A stretch of DNA of 64,000 nucleotides, from the NCBI GenBank assembly GCA_046352935.1, contig JAXMGR010000021.1, positions 6,089 to 70,088 on the forward strand, in the 5' to 3' direction. Position 1 is the stretch's first letter. Each line of letters starts with the position of its first letter. Under the pieces are notes generated by a model. That model was not told the DNA's origin. It made no database searches and was given only the letters and a program-made list of their open reading frames with translations. Positions 10,120 through 21,427 of the stretch are shown here, piece by piece. Source of the stretch: Steroidobacteraceae bacterium. GTDB taxonomy: Bacteria > Pseudomonadota > Gammaproteobacteria > Steroidobacterales > Steroidobacteraceae. Made by a program: the position numbers and the translations under genes.

Positions 10120-10173
10120 GTGCCCGCGCCGGCGCCGCGCAGTGGCGGCCCCCGAGCTGCCGTCCCTCCGCTG

Positions 10174-10602
10174 CTATTCCGGTACCGTCTGGCCCGACCC
10201 GCCCAGTTCGGCCGGGAAATCCCTGAGTTTCGGCAGCCCGTCCTTCATGCGCAGCACGGCCTCCGAATAATTGACGTGAACGCCGGGCCTGAACGGAACG
10301 GTGGGAATCATCGCTGCGAAGACGTCCGTCAGCCCCAGTGTCGGATGCACGGTGAGCAGATGTCCGCCGCACCGCGTGCAGAAGTGGCGATCGCTGCTGC
10401 CCGACTTGTTGAAGCGTCCGACGAGCTCGGCGCCCCGGGTGATCCTGACGTTCGCCGGTTTCCACAGCGTGAATGCGTTGACCGGGCCAGCCGACCAGGA
10501 ACGACAGGCGCTGCAGTGGCAGTAGCCCATCGCCTCGGGCGAGCCGGTGACTTCGATCGAAACTGCTCCGCAGAAGCAGGTGCCGGTGTGTTGGTCGGAC
10601 AT
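10174..10602 (-). CDS. GFA (glutathione-dependent formaldehyde-activating / CENP-V) family Zn protein
   Basis: MSDQHTGTCFCGAVSIEVTG...GYCHCSACRSWSAGP...HFCTRCGGHL shows the Cys pattern of the GFA fold. RBS CAGGAGA lies before the ATG at 10602. Confidence 0.8.
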   Translation of the reverse strand: MSDQHTGTCFCGAVSIEVTGSPEAMGYCHCSACRSWSAGPVNAFTLWKPANVRITRGAELVGRFNKSGSSDRHFCTRCGGHLLTVHPTLGLTDVFAAMIPTVPFRPGVHVNYSEAVLRMKDGLPKLRDFPAELGGSGQTVPE

Positions 10603-10792
10603 GTGAGTCTCCTGATGTAGGGGTGTTGCCGGGTCCCCCGCGTCACGCGACCTGCAGGCCGCTGACACAGGATGCGCCCGGCGCGACGCTCTCGCGGGTC
10701 ATCCCACCGTCCGGCACCGGAACCCGCGCTCCGGTGCCGGACCGTGGTCGACGGGGCGTCATGCAATGCAGCAGGCGCCACTCCCGGAGGCG

Positions 10793-11017
10793 TCACGCCG
10801 CCTTGCCGCTGGCGAGTGCGTGTACGTCGGCTGCAGCCAGCGCCTTGCCGCCGATCGCCCAGTCGCCGCCTTCGAACTCCTGGATGCGGACCCAGGTGAC
10901 CGGTCGCATGTTCTCGCCCTCGACCTCGAGCATGGCCCGCGTGACCTTGTCGATGAGTTCCTGTTTCTGCTTCGGCGTGAAGACATCCTTGATGACGTCG
11001 ATGGTGACCAGTGGCAT
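10793..11017 (-). CDS. 4-oxalocrotonate tautomerase family protein
   Basis: [34 protein letters not shown]. It has the catalytic N-terminal Pro after Met, a 74 aa length, and RBS GAGGAGA. Confidence 0.8.
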   Translation of the reverse strand: MPLVTIDVIKDVFTPKQKQELIDKVTRAMLEVEGENMRPVTWVRIQEFEGGDWAIGGKALAAADVHALASGKAA

Positions 11018-11160
11018 GTCGGTTCTCCTCGGGATCTGGTTGCCGGTGCCGGAACCATTCCGGCGCCCGTGGTGCAAGCGTCCCGCTCCCCGGCCACGAA
11101 TGCTTGAACACCGCATGGAGAATCCGTGGAGGTTCGTGGGAGTCCGGCCGGCCGCGCGCT

Positions 11161-12747
11161 ATGCTGACCTCCGTGATCTACCGCTTCGGCACCTTCGAGC
11201 TGGACACGTCCCGCGTCGAGCTGCGCGCGGACGGTGTGGTCCGGCCGCTGGAGCCGCAGGTGTTCGCGCTGCTCGCGCTGCTCGTCGAGAATCGCGAACG
11301 TCTGCTGTCGCGCGACGAAATCATCGAGAAGGTGTGGGATGGGCGCGTCGTGTCCGACGCGGCCGTGGCCAGCCGCATCAAGTCGGCGCGCCAGGCGCTG
11401 GGTGATGACGGCAAGGCGCAGCGATTCATCAAGACCGCCCACCGCCTGGGCTTCCGCTTCGTCGCCGAGGTGAGCGTCGCGCGCAGTCCCGCCGCGCCGC
11501 AGGTCGCCGACGAAGCTGCGGCAGCAGCCGATGCGGGTGCAGCACCCGCGGCAGAGACGGTGCAGCCGTCGATCGCCGTGCTTCCCTTCCGCCTCATCGG
11601 CAGCCCCGGCCCGTATACGGCCATCGGGGACGCGCTGGCGGATGAACTGATCATCGAGCTCGCGCGCCTGCGCTGGCTGTTCGTCACGGCCCGGGGCTCG
11701 TCTTTCCGTCTGCGCGAACCGGATGCCGACATGGGCGCGATCGGCCGCCTGCTCGGTGTGCGCTACTGTCTGTCGGGGACCGTCGAAGTCGCGGGAGCAG
11801 GACTCGCCGTCACGATCGAGCTCGTGGACACCCGCAACGACGGCATCGTATGGGCAGACCGGTTCTCCGGGGCGCTCGACGACGTGCACCGGTTCCGTGC
11901 CGACATCGGTGCGCGAATCCTCACCGCGCTGGAGGCCCGGATTCCGCTGCACGAAGCCGCTCTGGCACGTCTCGCGGTGCCGGAGAGCCTCGACGCCTGG
12001 TCGGCCTATCACCTCGGCCTGCAGCACATGTACCGCTTCAACCGCCGGGACAACGCCGCGGCGACGGCGCTGTTCCAGCAGGCGGTGACCCTGGATCCCC
12101 ACTTCGCGCGCGCCCACGCGGGCCTGTCTTTCGTGCACTTCCAGACGGCGTTCCTGCGGCACACGGACGATCTCGCGGGCGAGATCCGGCTCGCACGTCG
12201 CTTCGCCGAGCGTGGCTGCGAATTCGACCCGCTGGACCCCTTCGTGAATTTCACGATGGGGCGCAGTTTCTGGCTCGAGGGTGATCTCGCGAGCGCGCTG
12301 ATCTGGCTCGAACGGGCGACCTCGATCAGCCCCAACTACGCACAGGGCATCTATGCCCGCGCCTGGACCGAGACGCTGGCGGGACAAAGCCTCGAAGGCC
12401 GCCGGCACGTCGACCTGGCGATGCGCCTGAGTCCCCTCGATCCGCTCCACTACGCGATGCTGGGAACCCGGGCCTTCACGCACATGGTGCTGGGCGAGGA
12501 CGCCGAGGCCGCCCTCTGGGCCGAGCGCGCCGCACGCGCGCCCGGCGCGCATGTGCTGATCGCCATGATCGCTGCGGCGGCCCATGGCCTGTCGGGTGAC
12601 GACGTCCGTGCCGCGGCGTGGGCGGCCGATGTTCGGGCACGCAACCCGGTGCTCACGCGCGAGGATTTCTTCCGTGCATTCCCCATGCGGCCCGAAGCGA
12701 CGCGCGCACGCGTCGCGGATGCCCTTCTGCGCTGCGGATTGCGCTGA
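11161..12747 (+). CDS. winged-helix (OmpR/CadC-type) DNA-binding transcriptional regulator with C-terminal TPR-like region
   Basis: MLTSVIYRFGTFELDTSRVELRADGVVRPLEPQVFALLALLVENRERLLSRDEIIEKVWDGRVVSDAAVASRIKSARQAL...IKTAHRLGFRF matches a trans_reg_C domain. The C-terminal half is helical-repeat rich (W/Y...A...P periodicity). Confidence 0.75.
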   Translation: MLTSVIYRFGTFELDTSRVELRADGVVRPLEPQVFALLALLVENRERLLSRDEIIEKVWDGRVVSDAAVASRIKSARQALGDDGKAQRFIKTAHRLGFRFVAEVSVARSPAAPQVADEAAAAADAGAAPAAETVQPSIAVLPFRLIGSPGPYTAIGDALADELIIELARLRWLFVTARGSSFRLREPDADMGAIGRLLGVRYCLSGTVEVAGAGLAVTIELVDTRNDGIVWADRFSGALDDVHRFRADIGARILTALEARIPLHEAALARLAVPESLDAWSAYHLGLQHMYRFNRRDNAAATALFQQAVTLDPHFARAHAGLSFVHFQTAFLRHTDDLAGEIRLARRFAERGCEFDPLDPFVNFTMGRSFWLEGDLASALIWLERATSISPNYAQGIYARAWTETLAGQSLEGRRHVDLAMRLSPLDPLHYAMLGTRAFTHMVLGEDAEAALWAERAARAPGAHVLIAMIAAAAHGLSGDDVRAAAWAADVRARNPVLTREDFFRAFPMRPEATRARVADALLRCGLR

Positions 12748-12795
12748 GCGCCCGCGATCGGCGCGGACGGCGCGACCGCGATCGGCACGCACGAA

Positions 12796-12823
12796 GAAAA
12801 GGCCCCGTTCCCGGGGCCTTTCC
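12796..12823. terminator. bidirectional rho-independent terminator between the convergent regulator gene and hppA
   Basis: GAAAAGGCCCCGTTCCCGGGGCCTTTCC forms a 9-bp GC stem (AAAGGCCCC/GGGGCCTTT) flanked by an A-run and a T-run. It could therefore terminate transcripts from both strands. Confidence 0.7.
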
Positions 12824-12878
12824 TGATCAACCGACGGCACTGCGAAGCGCGGGCCTCGCAGCGTGGCCGTTCAGATCC

Positions 12879-14927
<2,049 letters not shown>

Positions 14928-14995
14928 CAGGGCTCCTCCCCGCAAGGGATTGTTATACGCAACCGGGCCCGTCGTCGGGCCCGGAGGGGGCGCGA

Positions 14996-16282
14996 CTATA
15001 TCACGAAGTCCGTTTTCAGCTTCCGGCGCACGGCGACGAGCTTCGGCCGGACGTAGTCGGGGAGGCCGTTGCGGTAGGGGGGGTAGGCCTCGCCCGCGAT
15101 GAGCGGTTCGAGATAGCGCCGGCAGGCGGCCGTGATGCCGAAACCGTCCTCGGTGATGTAATGGCGCGGGACCATTTTTTCCTTGTTGGCCACGGAGTTG
15201 AGCGGCACGTGGCCGATGGTCCAGCGGTAGGGCTTCGACGACCGGCGCAGGATCACCGGCATCACCGATTGATGCCCCGCCACCGCCAGCTCGACCGCGG
15301 CCCGGCCGACCGCGAAGGCCTGCTCCACGTCGGTCTTCGAGGCGATGTGGCGGGCGGCCCGCTGCAGGTAGTCCGCCAGCGCCCAGTGGTACTTGAGGCC
15401 GAGCCTGTCCTTGACGAGCGCGGCGACGGCCGGCGCGGCGCCGCCGAGCTGCGTGTGGCCGAAAGCGTCCTTCGTACCCATGTCGGCGAGGAACCGGCCG
15501 TCCGCATGGTGGACGCCCTCCGACACGACGATGACGCAGTAGCCCACGTCGGCGACGGTCTGCTTCACGCGGGCGAGGAAGCGCTCCTCGTCGAAGGCGA
15601 TCTCGGGGAACAGGATGATGTGCGGCGGATCGCCAGCCCTGCGGCCCGCGAGCCCGCCCGCGGCCGCGATCCAGCCCGCATGGCGCCCCATGACCTCGAG
15701 GATGAACACCCGCGTGGAGGTGCGCGACATGGAGGCGACGTCGAGCGCGGCCTCCCTCGTCGACACGGCGACGTACTTGGCGACCGAGCCGAAGCCCGGG
15801 CAGCAGTCGGTTTCGGGCAGGTCGTTGTCGACGGTCTTCGGCACGCCGATGCAGGTGACCGGGTAGCCGAGCCGGTCGCCGATCTCGGCCAGCTTCGCGG
15901 CGGTGTCCATGGAGTCGTTGCCGCCGTTGTAGAAGAAGTAGCCGATGTCGTGGGCGCGGAAGACCTCGATGAGGCGCTCGTATTTCGCGCGGTCCTTGTC
16001 GAGGTCGCGGAGCTTGTAGCGCGCCGAGCCGAACGCACCGGCCGGTGTCCAGGTCAGCGCCTTGACGGTCGCGGCGTCCATGCGGCCCGTGTCGATGAGG
16101 TTCTCGGTGAGCGCCCCGACGATGCCGTCGCGACCCGCATAGAGCCGCCCGATCTGGCGTGGATGGCGGCGGCAGGCCGTGATCACGCCCGCCGCCGAGG
16201 CGTTGATGACGGCCGTGACCCCGCCGGACTGGGCGTAGAAGGCGTTGCGCGGAGCGGGTCTGGCCGACTTCTTCGTGCTCAT
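14996..16282 (-). CDS. pfp: pyrophosphate-dependent 6-phosphofructokinase (diphosphate--fructose-6-phosphate 1-phosphotransferase)
   Basis: [35 protein letters not shown] has Asp at the position of E. coli PfkA Gly104, and [10 protein letters not shown] has Lys at the Gly124 position. Both substitutions are classic PPi-specificity markers. The gene lies 68 bp upstream of hppA on the same strand. Confidence 0.9.
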   Translation of the reverse strand: MSTKKSARPAPRNAFYAQSGGVTAVINASAAGVITACRRHPRQIGRLYAGRDGIVGALTENLIDTGRMDAATVKALTWTPAGAFGSARYKLRDLDKDRAKYERLIEVFRAHDIGYFFYNGGNDSMDTAAKLAEIGDRLGYPVTCIGVPKTVDNDLPETDCCPGFGSVAKYVAVSTREAALDVASMSRTSTRVFILEVMGRHAGWIAAAGGLAGRRAGDPPHIILFPEIAFDEERFLARVKQTVADVGYCVIVVSEGVHHADGRFLADMGTKDAFGHTQLGGAAPAVAALVKDRLGLKYHWALADYLQRAARHIASKTDVEQAFAVGRAAVELAVAGHQSVMPVILRRSSKPYRWTIGHVPLNSVANKEKMVPRHYITEDGFGITAACRRYLEPLIAGEAYPPYRNGLPDYVRPKLVAVRRKLKTDFVI

Positions 16283-16431
16283 GGGCGGTCCTTGCGAAAG
16301 CCCCGGTCGGGGCGTCGATGCCGGTTGGCGCAAGGATAGCCCATCGCTCCCCCGTTTGACGTGTCCGGACGCGGCGGGCAGGATGGCCGCCGCACGCCCG
16401 GCGCCCGCCGGCGTCCGTGGAGAGTCGACGA

Positions 16432-17085
16432 ATGCGTTTGGTGTTGTTGGGTGCGCCGGGATCCGGTAAGGGCACCCAGTCGCAGAAGCTGGTGCAGAAG
16501 TACGGTGTCCCGCAGATCTCGACGGGCGATCTGCTGCGCGAAGCGGTCCGCACCGGCACGGAGTACGGGCGGAAGGCCAGGGCGGCGATGGATGCCGGCG
16601 GCCTTGTCGACGACTCGATCGTGCTCGGCATCATCCGCGAGCGGCTGGCCGAGCCCGATGCGGCCCGCGGCTTCATCCTCGACGGCTTTCCGCGCAACAC
16701 GGCGCAGGCCGACGCGCTCGGGCGGCTGCTCGAAGACATCGGCAAGCCGCTGCAGGCGGTCGTGCTGATGCAGGTCGACACGGGTGCGCTCTTCAAGCGC
16801 TTGACCGGTCGGCGTACCTGCAGGGTCTGCGGCGCGGTGTTCAACGTGCACACGAATCCGCCCGTGCCGGGTCCCGCCGGCACGCCCTGCGCCCAGGGGC
16901 ACGATCTCGCGCAGCGCGCCGACGACAACGAAGCGACCATCGGCAAGCGGCTCGAGGTCTACGAACAGCAGACGGCGCCGCTCATCGAGTACTACCGCGG
17001 TCGGGGCCTGCTCAGGGTCGTCGATGCCGACGGTGAGCTGGATACCGTGTTCGCGCGCCTCGAGAAGGCGCTGCCCGCGGCCTGA
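16432..17085 (+). CDS. adk: adenylate kinase
   Basis: [36 protein letters not shown], with [10 protein letters not shown]. The long lid has [15 protein letters not shown]...[14 protein letters not shown]. Confidence 0.95.
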   Translation: MRLVLLGAPGSGKGTQSQKLVQKYGVPQISTGDLLREAVRTGTEYGRKARAAMDAGGLVDDSIVLGIIRERLAEPDAARGFILDGFPRNTAQADALGRLLEDIGKPLQAVVLMQVDTGALFKRLTGRRTCRVCGAVFNVHTNPPVPGPAGTPCAQGHDLAQRADDNEATIGKRLEVYEQQTAPLIEYYRGRGLLRVVDADGELDTVFARLEKALPAA

Positions 17086-17094
17086 GCGAAGCCA

Positions 17095-17170
17095 GGGACA
17101 TTCTCCCTGAGATGACCCTGAGATGCCCCTGAGATGACGGACGCAGGACGCGCGGGCTGCGGACGGAGGG
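17095..17170. repeat. truncated type-A intergenic repeat arm, including an 11-bp x3 tandem (CCTGAGATGMC, 17106-17138)
   Basis: CCTGAGATGACGGACGCAGGACGCGCGGGCTGCGGACGGAGGG (17128-17170) is the near-perfect reverse complement of 17417-17462. Confidence 0.8.
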
Positions 17171-17172
17171 GT

Positions 17173-17314
17173 CATTCCCGATTTCCGGCAGCGTCGCGTC
17201 CAGGCGCGGGCTGCAACGGAGAGATCGCCTCGGCTCGCGGGAAGAATTACGCGAGCCTCGCCGACTCTCCTGCGCGCCCGCGCCGGGCGATGCTGGCGAT
17301 GGAAATCGGGAATG
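17173..17314. repeat. type-B MITE/REP-like palindromic repeat (copy 1, inverted relative to the 42680 copy)
   Basis: Terminal inverted repeats are CATTCCCGATTTCC and GGAAATCGGGAATG. Its reverse complement aligns end to end, by eye at about 75-80% identity, with 42680-42819. Confidence 0.85.
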
Positions 17315-17319
17315 GGGGG

Positions 17320-17485
17320 GAGCGGGACATTCTTGCTGACTGCCGCGGCGTATCAGGCGCGCGGGCGCGCAGGAGGGCCCCGAGGCGAGCGTAAAGATCT
17401 GGCGCGAGACGAGGGGCCCTCCGTCCGCAGCCCGCGCGTCCTGCGACCGTCGTCATCTCAGGAAATGAAGCATGTCCCCATTCCT
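17320..17485. repeat. type-A MITE/REP-like repeat (full copy)
   Basis: The core GGCGCGCGGGCGCGCAGGAGGGCCCCGAGGCGAGCGTAAAGATCTGGCGCGAGACGAGGGGCCCTCCGTCCGCAGCCCGCGCGTCC recurs as a reverse complement at 30552-30632. The end motif GGAAATGAAGCATGTCCCCATTCC matches GGAAATGAAGCAATGTCCCCATTTCC at about 30655-30680. Confidence 0.85.
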
Positions 17486-17514
17486 GCATTCCTGAGGCCC
17501 GTTCCCGAGAGGCG

Positions 17515-18633
17515 TCAGCCGAGTGCCGCGACGAGCGGCAGACCGGCGACCTCGCGCCGCCAGCCGGCGAGCACGGGCAGCGTGCGCTCGCCGCGCAGCA
17601 GCGCGGTCAGTTCGCGGCGCGTCGCGAGCACTTCGGGCTGGATGCCGAGTTCCGCGCCGATACCTCGCAGGCGATCCTGCAGGCGCCTGAGCAGCGCGTT
17701 CTCCTCCGGCGTCAACCGTTCCTCCGCGGGAGCCGCGGGCGCTTCGCCTTCCTCGGGCCGCGCCGCGGCGATCACGTCCAGCAGCTCGCGCCCGCTGCGT
17801 TCAACGGTGCCCGCGGCGATACCCGGCAGCGCGGCAAGCGCCGCGAGTGTCGCGGGCCGCAGGCGCGCGGCGTCACGCAGGGTCTCATCCGTCAGGATCC
17901 AGCCGCGCGGCAGGTTGCGCCGCATGGCGCGCGCCTCGCGCCACGCCGCCAGCGCGCGCAGTGCGGCGCGTTCCTGCGGGACCAGCCGGTCCGCGCCCTT
18001 GAATCGCTGCCAGGCGCGTTCGGGCTCCGTCACGTAGAGCGCCGGGTCCTGCAGCGCGCGGCAGTCCTCCTGGAGCCAGGGCAGACGTCCGAGCGCGTCG
18101 AGGCGCGTGCCCAGCTCGTCGCGCAGCGTCTCCAGATGGCGCACGTCGTCGGCTGCGTAGTGCAGCTGTTCCGGGGACAGCGGACGGCGGGCCCAGTCCG
18201 TGCGCGCATGGCCCTTCGTGAGCACGATGCCGGTGATCTTCGCCACGAGTTCGCCGTAGCCCATCTGCGCGGGGTGGCCGAGCAGGGCCGCTGCGATCTG
18301 TGTGTCGAACACGGGCGCCGCGACTCCGCCCAGCAGGGGATACAGGACCTCGAGGTCCTGGCGGGCGGCGTGCAGGATCTTGACCTGCGCCGTGTCGCCG
18401 AGCAGGGCCGCGACCGGCGACAGATCGGTGATCGCGAGCGGGTCGACGAGCGCGATGCGTCCGCGGCCGGCGAGCTGCAGCAGGCAGAGCCGTGCGTAGT
18501 ACGTGCGTTCGCGCATGAACTCGGTGTCGAGCGCGATGGCGGGCAGTCCGGCGAAGCTGGCCGTGGCGTCGGTGAGCTGCGCCGGGTCGGTCACGAGCAG
18601 GGAGGCGGGCACTTCGGGAAATCGCTTGTACAA
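17515..18633 (-). CDS. rnd: ribonuclease D
   Basis: DEDD exonuclease motifs (AIALDTEFMRERTYYARLCLLQLA, KILHAARQDLEVL, QLHYAADDVRHL) followed by HRDC-like repeats. Confidence 0.9.
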   Translation of the reverse strand: MYKRFPEVPASLLVTDPAQLTDATASFAGLPAIALDTEFMRERTYYARLCLLQLAGRGRIALVDPLAITDLSPVAALLGDTAQVKILHAARQDLEVLYPLLGGVAAPVFDTQIAAALLGHPAQMGYGELVAKITGIVLTKGHARTDWARRPLSPEQLHYAADDVRHLETLRDELGTRLDALGRLPWLQEDCRALQDPALYVTEPERAWQRFKGADRLVPQERAALRALAAWREARAMRRNLPRGWILTDETLRDAARLRPATLAALAALPGIAAGTVERSGRELLDVIAAARPEEGEAPAAPAEERLTPEENALLRRLQDRLRGIGAELGIQPEVLATRRELTALLRGERTLPVLAGWRREVAGLPLVAALG

Positions 18634-18737
18634 TCGGGAAGGCGCGCCATTATGCCGGCGCGTCCGGGTGAACCCAAACGCGGAGGCTGAATCGACGGTG
18701 CGGCGCAGGCCGCCCGTGCGGGGGTGTGGTCACGGCA

Positions 18738-19253
18738 ATGTTCGCGTATCTGAAGCTCTTCCTCGACATCTGCCTGTGGCGCCGCGACCCGAGCCACGTG
18801 CCGGCCTCCGCGAGCCTGTTCGTGCTGCTCGCCGTGCTGTACTGGGTGTCGAGCCTGGCGCAGGCCTGGGTGGCCTATGGCGCGGGTCACCTGGTGCTGC
18901 AGGCGTCCCTGGACCTCGCGCTCACGCTCGGCTTCTTCTGGCTCGTGCTCGCGGTCGCGCGACGCGCGCACCGATACCGTCAGACGGGCGCGGCGCTCAT
19001 GGGCACGAGCGTGCTGGTGACCCCGCTCATGATGGCGCTGCTCTCGCTGCGCGAGACCGTGAGGAACCCTTACCCGCTCGCGGTCCTCGTCTGGGCGGCG
19101 ATGGTGTTCGCCATCGTCTGGTACCTCTTCGTCGTCGGGCACATCCTGCGCGCGGCGCTCGATACCGGCCTGCCGACGGCGATGGGCGTCTCGATCGCGT
19201 ATTTCCTGGCGGGCGCGGCCGTGGCGGGGGTGCTGTTCCCGCCCGCCACCTGA
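18738..19253 (+). CDS. hypothetical inner-membrane protein (about 5 TM segments)
   Basis: Track ORF 18726..19253, ATG taken at 18738 (MFAYLKLFLDICLWRRDP). It has multiple hydrophobic helices. No family recognised. Confidence 0.55.
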   Translation: MFAYLKLFLDICLWRRDPSHVPASASLFVLLAVLYWVSSLAQAWVAYGAGHLVLQASLDLALTLGFFWLVLAVARRAHRYRQTGAALMGTSVLVTPLMMALLSLRETVRNPYPLAVLVWAAMVFAIVWYLFVVGHILRAALDTGLPTAMGVSIAYFLAGAAVAGVLFPPAT

Positions 19254-19279
19254 CCCGTCGAGACACCAGGACCGACTGC

Positions 19280-20659
19280 ATGCACGTCCACATCCTCGGC
19301 ATCTGCGGCACGTTCATGGGCGGCATCGCGGCGCTCGCGAAGGCGGCCGGCCACCGCGTCACGGGTTCGGATGCCAATGTCTATCCGCCGATGAGCACGC
19401 AGCTCGAGGCGCTCGGCATCGGGCTCATCGAGGGCTACGATCCCGCGCAGCTCGACCTGGATCCCGACGTCGTCGTCGTCGGCAACGTGATGAGCCGCGG
19501 GCGGCCCATCGTCGAGCGCCTGCTCGACAGCGGACGGCCCTACACCTCCGGGCCGGAGTGGCTCGCGCGCGAGGTCCTGCAGGGCCGCCATGTGATCGCC
19601 GTCGCCGGCACCCACGGCAAGACGACGACGACGAGCCTCGTGGCATGGATCCTCGAACACGCCGGACTGGAGCCCGGGTTCCTCATCGGTGGCTCGCCGT
19701 CGAACTTCGACTTCTCGGCACGGCTCGGGGCGCCGGACGCGCCCTTCGTCGTCGAGGCCGACGAGTACGACACCGCGTTCTTCGACAAGCGCGCGAAGTT
19801 CGTGCACTACCGGCCGCGCACGGCGATCCTCAACAACCTCGAATTCGACCACGCCGACATCTACCCCGACCTCGCGGCCATCCAGCAGCAGTTCCATCTG
19901 CTGCTGCGTATGGTGCCGGGCGGCGGCCGGCTCGTCGTGAACGCTGCCGCGCCCGCGCTCGCGGAAGTCATCGCGCGTGGCTGCTGGACGCCGCAGGAGC
20001 GTTTCACGAGCCGTTCGGGGCTCGCTGCGGACTGGACCGCCGAACCCGTCGCGGCCGACTGCAGCGAGTTCGAGGTGCTCGCCGCCGGTGCGCGCGTCGG
20101 GCGCGTGCGCTGGGACATGATCGGCGACCACAACGTCGACAACGCGCTCGCCGCCATTGCCGCGGCGCGGCAGGCGGGTGTCGAACCCGCCCGTGCCGTC
20201 GCGGCGCTCGGTGCGTTCCGCGGCATCCGGCGCCGCATGGAAGTGCGCGGCAGCGCAGGCGGCATCACCGTCTACGACGACTTCGCGCATCACCCGACCG
20301 CGATCGCGACGACCCTCGCGGGCCTGCGCCGCCGTGTCGGCGCGGCGCGGATCGTCGCGGTGCTGGAACCGCGCTCGAACACCATGAAGCTCGGCGTGCA
20401 GCGCGACGAACTGCCCGCGTCGCTCGGTGCCGCGGACCGTGTCTGGTTCCATCGTCCCGCGGATCTGGGCTGGGACCTGCAGGCCGTCGCGGAGCGCCTG
20501 GACGGCCGCGGCGCCGTTGCGACCGACGTCGGGTCGCTCGTCACGAGCCTCGCCGCGGAGCTGCGTCCGGGTGATCACGTGCTCGTGATGTCGAACGGCG
20601 GCTTCGGAGGCCTGCACGAAAAGCTGCTCGAGGCCCTGCGGGCGCGACGCGGCGTGTGA
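19280..20659 (+). CDS. mpl: UDP-N-acetylmuramate:L-alanyl-gamma-D-glutamyl-meso-diaminopimelate ligase (murein peptide ligase)
   Basis: MHVHILGICGTFMGGIAALAKAAGHRVTGSDANVYPPMSTQLEALGI, with AVAGTHGKTTTTS and EADEYDTAFFDKRAKFVHYRP. In frame with track ORF 18503..20659. Confidence 0.9.
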   Translation: MHVHILGICGTFMGGIAALAKAAGHRVTGSDANVYPPMSTQLEALGIGLIEGYDPAQLDLDPDVVVVGNVMSRGRPIVERLLDSGRPYTSGPEWLAREVLQGRHVIAVAGTHGKTTTTSLVAWILEHAGLEPGFLIGGSPSNFDFSARLGAPDAPFVVEADEYDTAFFDKRAKFVHYRPRTAILNNLEFDHADIYPDLAAIQQQFHLLLRMVPGGGRLVVNAAAPALAEVIARGCWTPQERFTSRSGLAADWTAEPVAADCSEFEVLAAGARVGRVRWDMIGDHNVDNALAAIAAARQAGVEPARAVAALGAFRGIRRRMEVRGSAGGITVYDDFAHHPTAIATTLAGLRRRVGAARIVAVLEPRSNTMKLGVQRDELPASLGAADRVWFHRPADLGWDLQAVAERLDGRGAVATDVGSLVTSLAAELRPGDHVLVMSNGGFGGLHEKLLEALRARRGV

Positions 20660-20800
20660 CCGGTGCGATGCCGTTTCCGGCGGTTCGCGCCTGATTTGCG
20701 TGCGCCGTCGCGCGGGCCCGGCGTCATACTGTGATCGACCGGCGTGCGCCGTCGGCCCGCGACGGGCGGGCCGCGCGGTACCTCAGGCGATGGAGACCCG

Positions 20801-21388
20801 ATGGCCGAGACGCGTGAGCTGCCGCTGTTTCCGCTGAACACCGTGCTGTTCCCGGGCGGACCGCTGCCGCTGCGCATCTTCGAGACACGCTATGTCGACA
20901 TGGTCCGCCACTGCATGCGCCAGGACAGCGGCTTCGGTGTCGTGCTGATCCTGCGGGGGCGCGAGGTCGGCATCGGCGCGGAGACCGTGGCGATCGGGAC
21001 CGAGGCGCGCATCGTCGATTTCAACCGCGTCGACAACGGCCTGCTCGGTATCGCGTGCGTCGGCCAGCAGCGTATCCGGGTCGTCGACACGTGTCGCCAG
21101 CCCGACGGCCTGCTCATCGGCCGTGTCGAGGACGTGCCCGCGGATCCGCCGCTCCCGGTGCCACCCGAGTTCTCCGCGCTCGCGGATGCGGCACGCCGCG
21201 TGGTCACGGAGCTCGGGCAGGTCTATGCGCGTGTCGTGCGCCATTTCGGCGATTCGGCCTGGGTCGGATACCGGCTGTCGGAGGTGCTGCCGATCGCCAT
21301 GTCCGAGAAGCAGGCGCTGCTCGAACTCACCGATGCGCACCGGCGCCTGCAGCTGCTGGCGGGCCTGATCGAGATGAAGGAGTCCTGA
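20801..21388 (+). CDS. LON N-terminal (substrate-binding) domain protein
   Basis: MAETRELPLFPLNTVLFPGGPLPLRIFETRYVDMV is the signature of a stand-alone Lon N-terminal domain. Length 195 aa, with no ATPase or protease part. Confidence 0.8.
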   Translation: MAETRELPLFPLNTVLFPGGPLPLRIFETRYVDMVRHCMRQDSGFGVVLILRGREVGIGAETVAIGTEARIVDFNRVDNGLLGIACVGQQRIRVVDTCRQPDGLLIGRVEDVPADPPLPVPPEFSALADAARRVVTELGQVYARVVRHFGDSAWVGYRLSEVLPIAMSEKQALLELTDAHRRLQLLAGLIEMKES

Positions 21389-21427
21389 GCCGTCGCCGAG
21401 GGGCCGGACTGGCTCCTGGCCGTGGCT

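Noticed and set aside
10709-10740. 11-bp-stem hairpin CCGGCACCGGA-ACCCGCGC-TCCGGTGCCGG downstream of the tautomerase gene, considered as a terminator
   Set aside because: There is no U-tract on either strand and it sits inside the spacer leading to the next co-oriented gene. It may be a structural element, but I cannot support a terminator call.
17312-18037. ORFs 17312..18037(+) and 30489..30674(-) share an identical peptide, GPRGERKDLARDEGPSVRSPRV, which could suggest a duplicated small gene
   Set aside because: The shared peptide is simply the translation of the type-A intergenic repeat core. There is no RBS, the composition is not gene-like, and the first ORF runs antisense into rnd.
18503-20659. 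718-aa ORF implying a long N-terminal extension of Mpl
   Set aside because: The extension overlaps the rnd 5' end on the opposite strand and the separately supported membrane-protein gene. Canonical Mpl begins at MHVHILGICG (19280).
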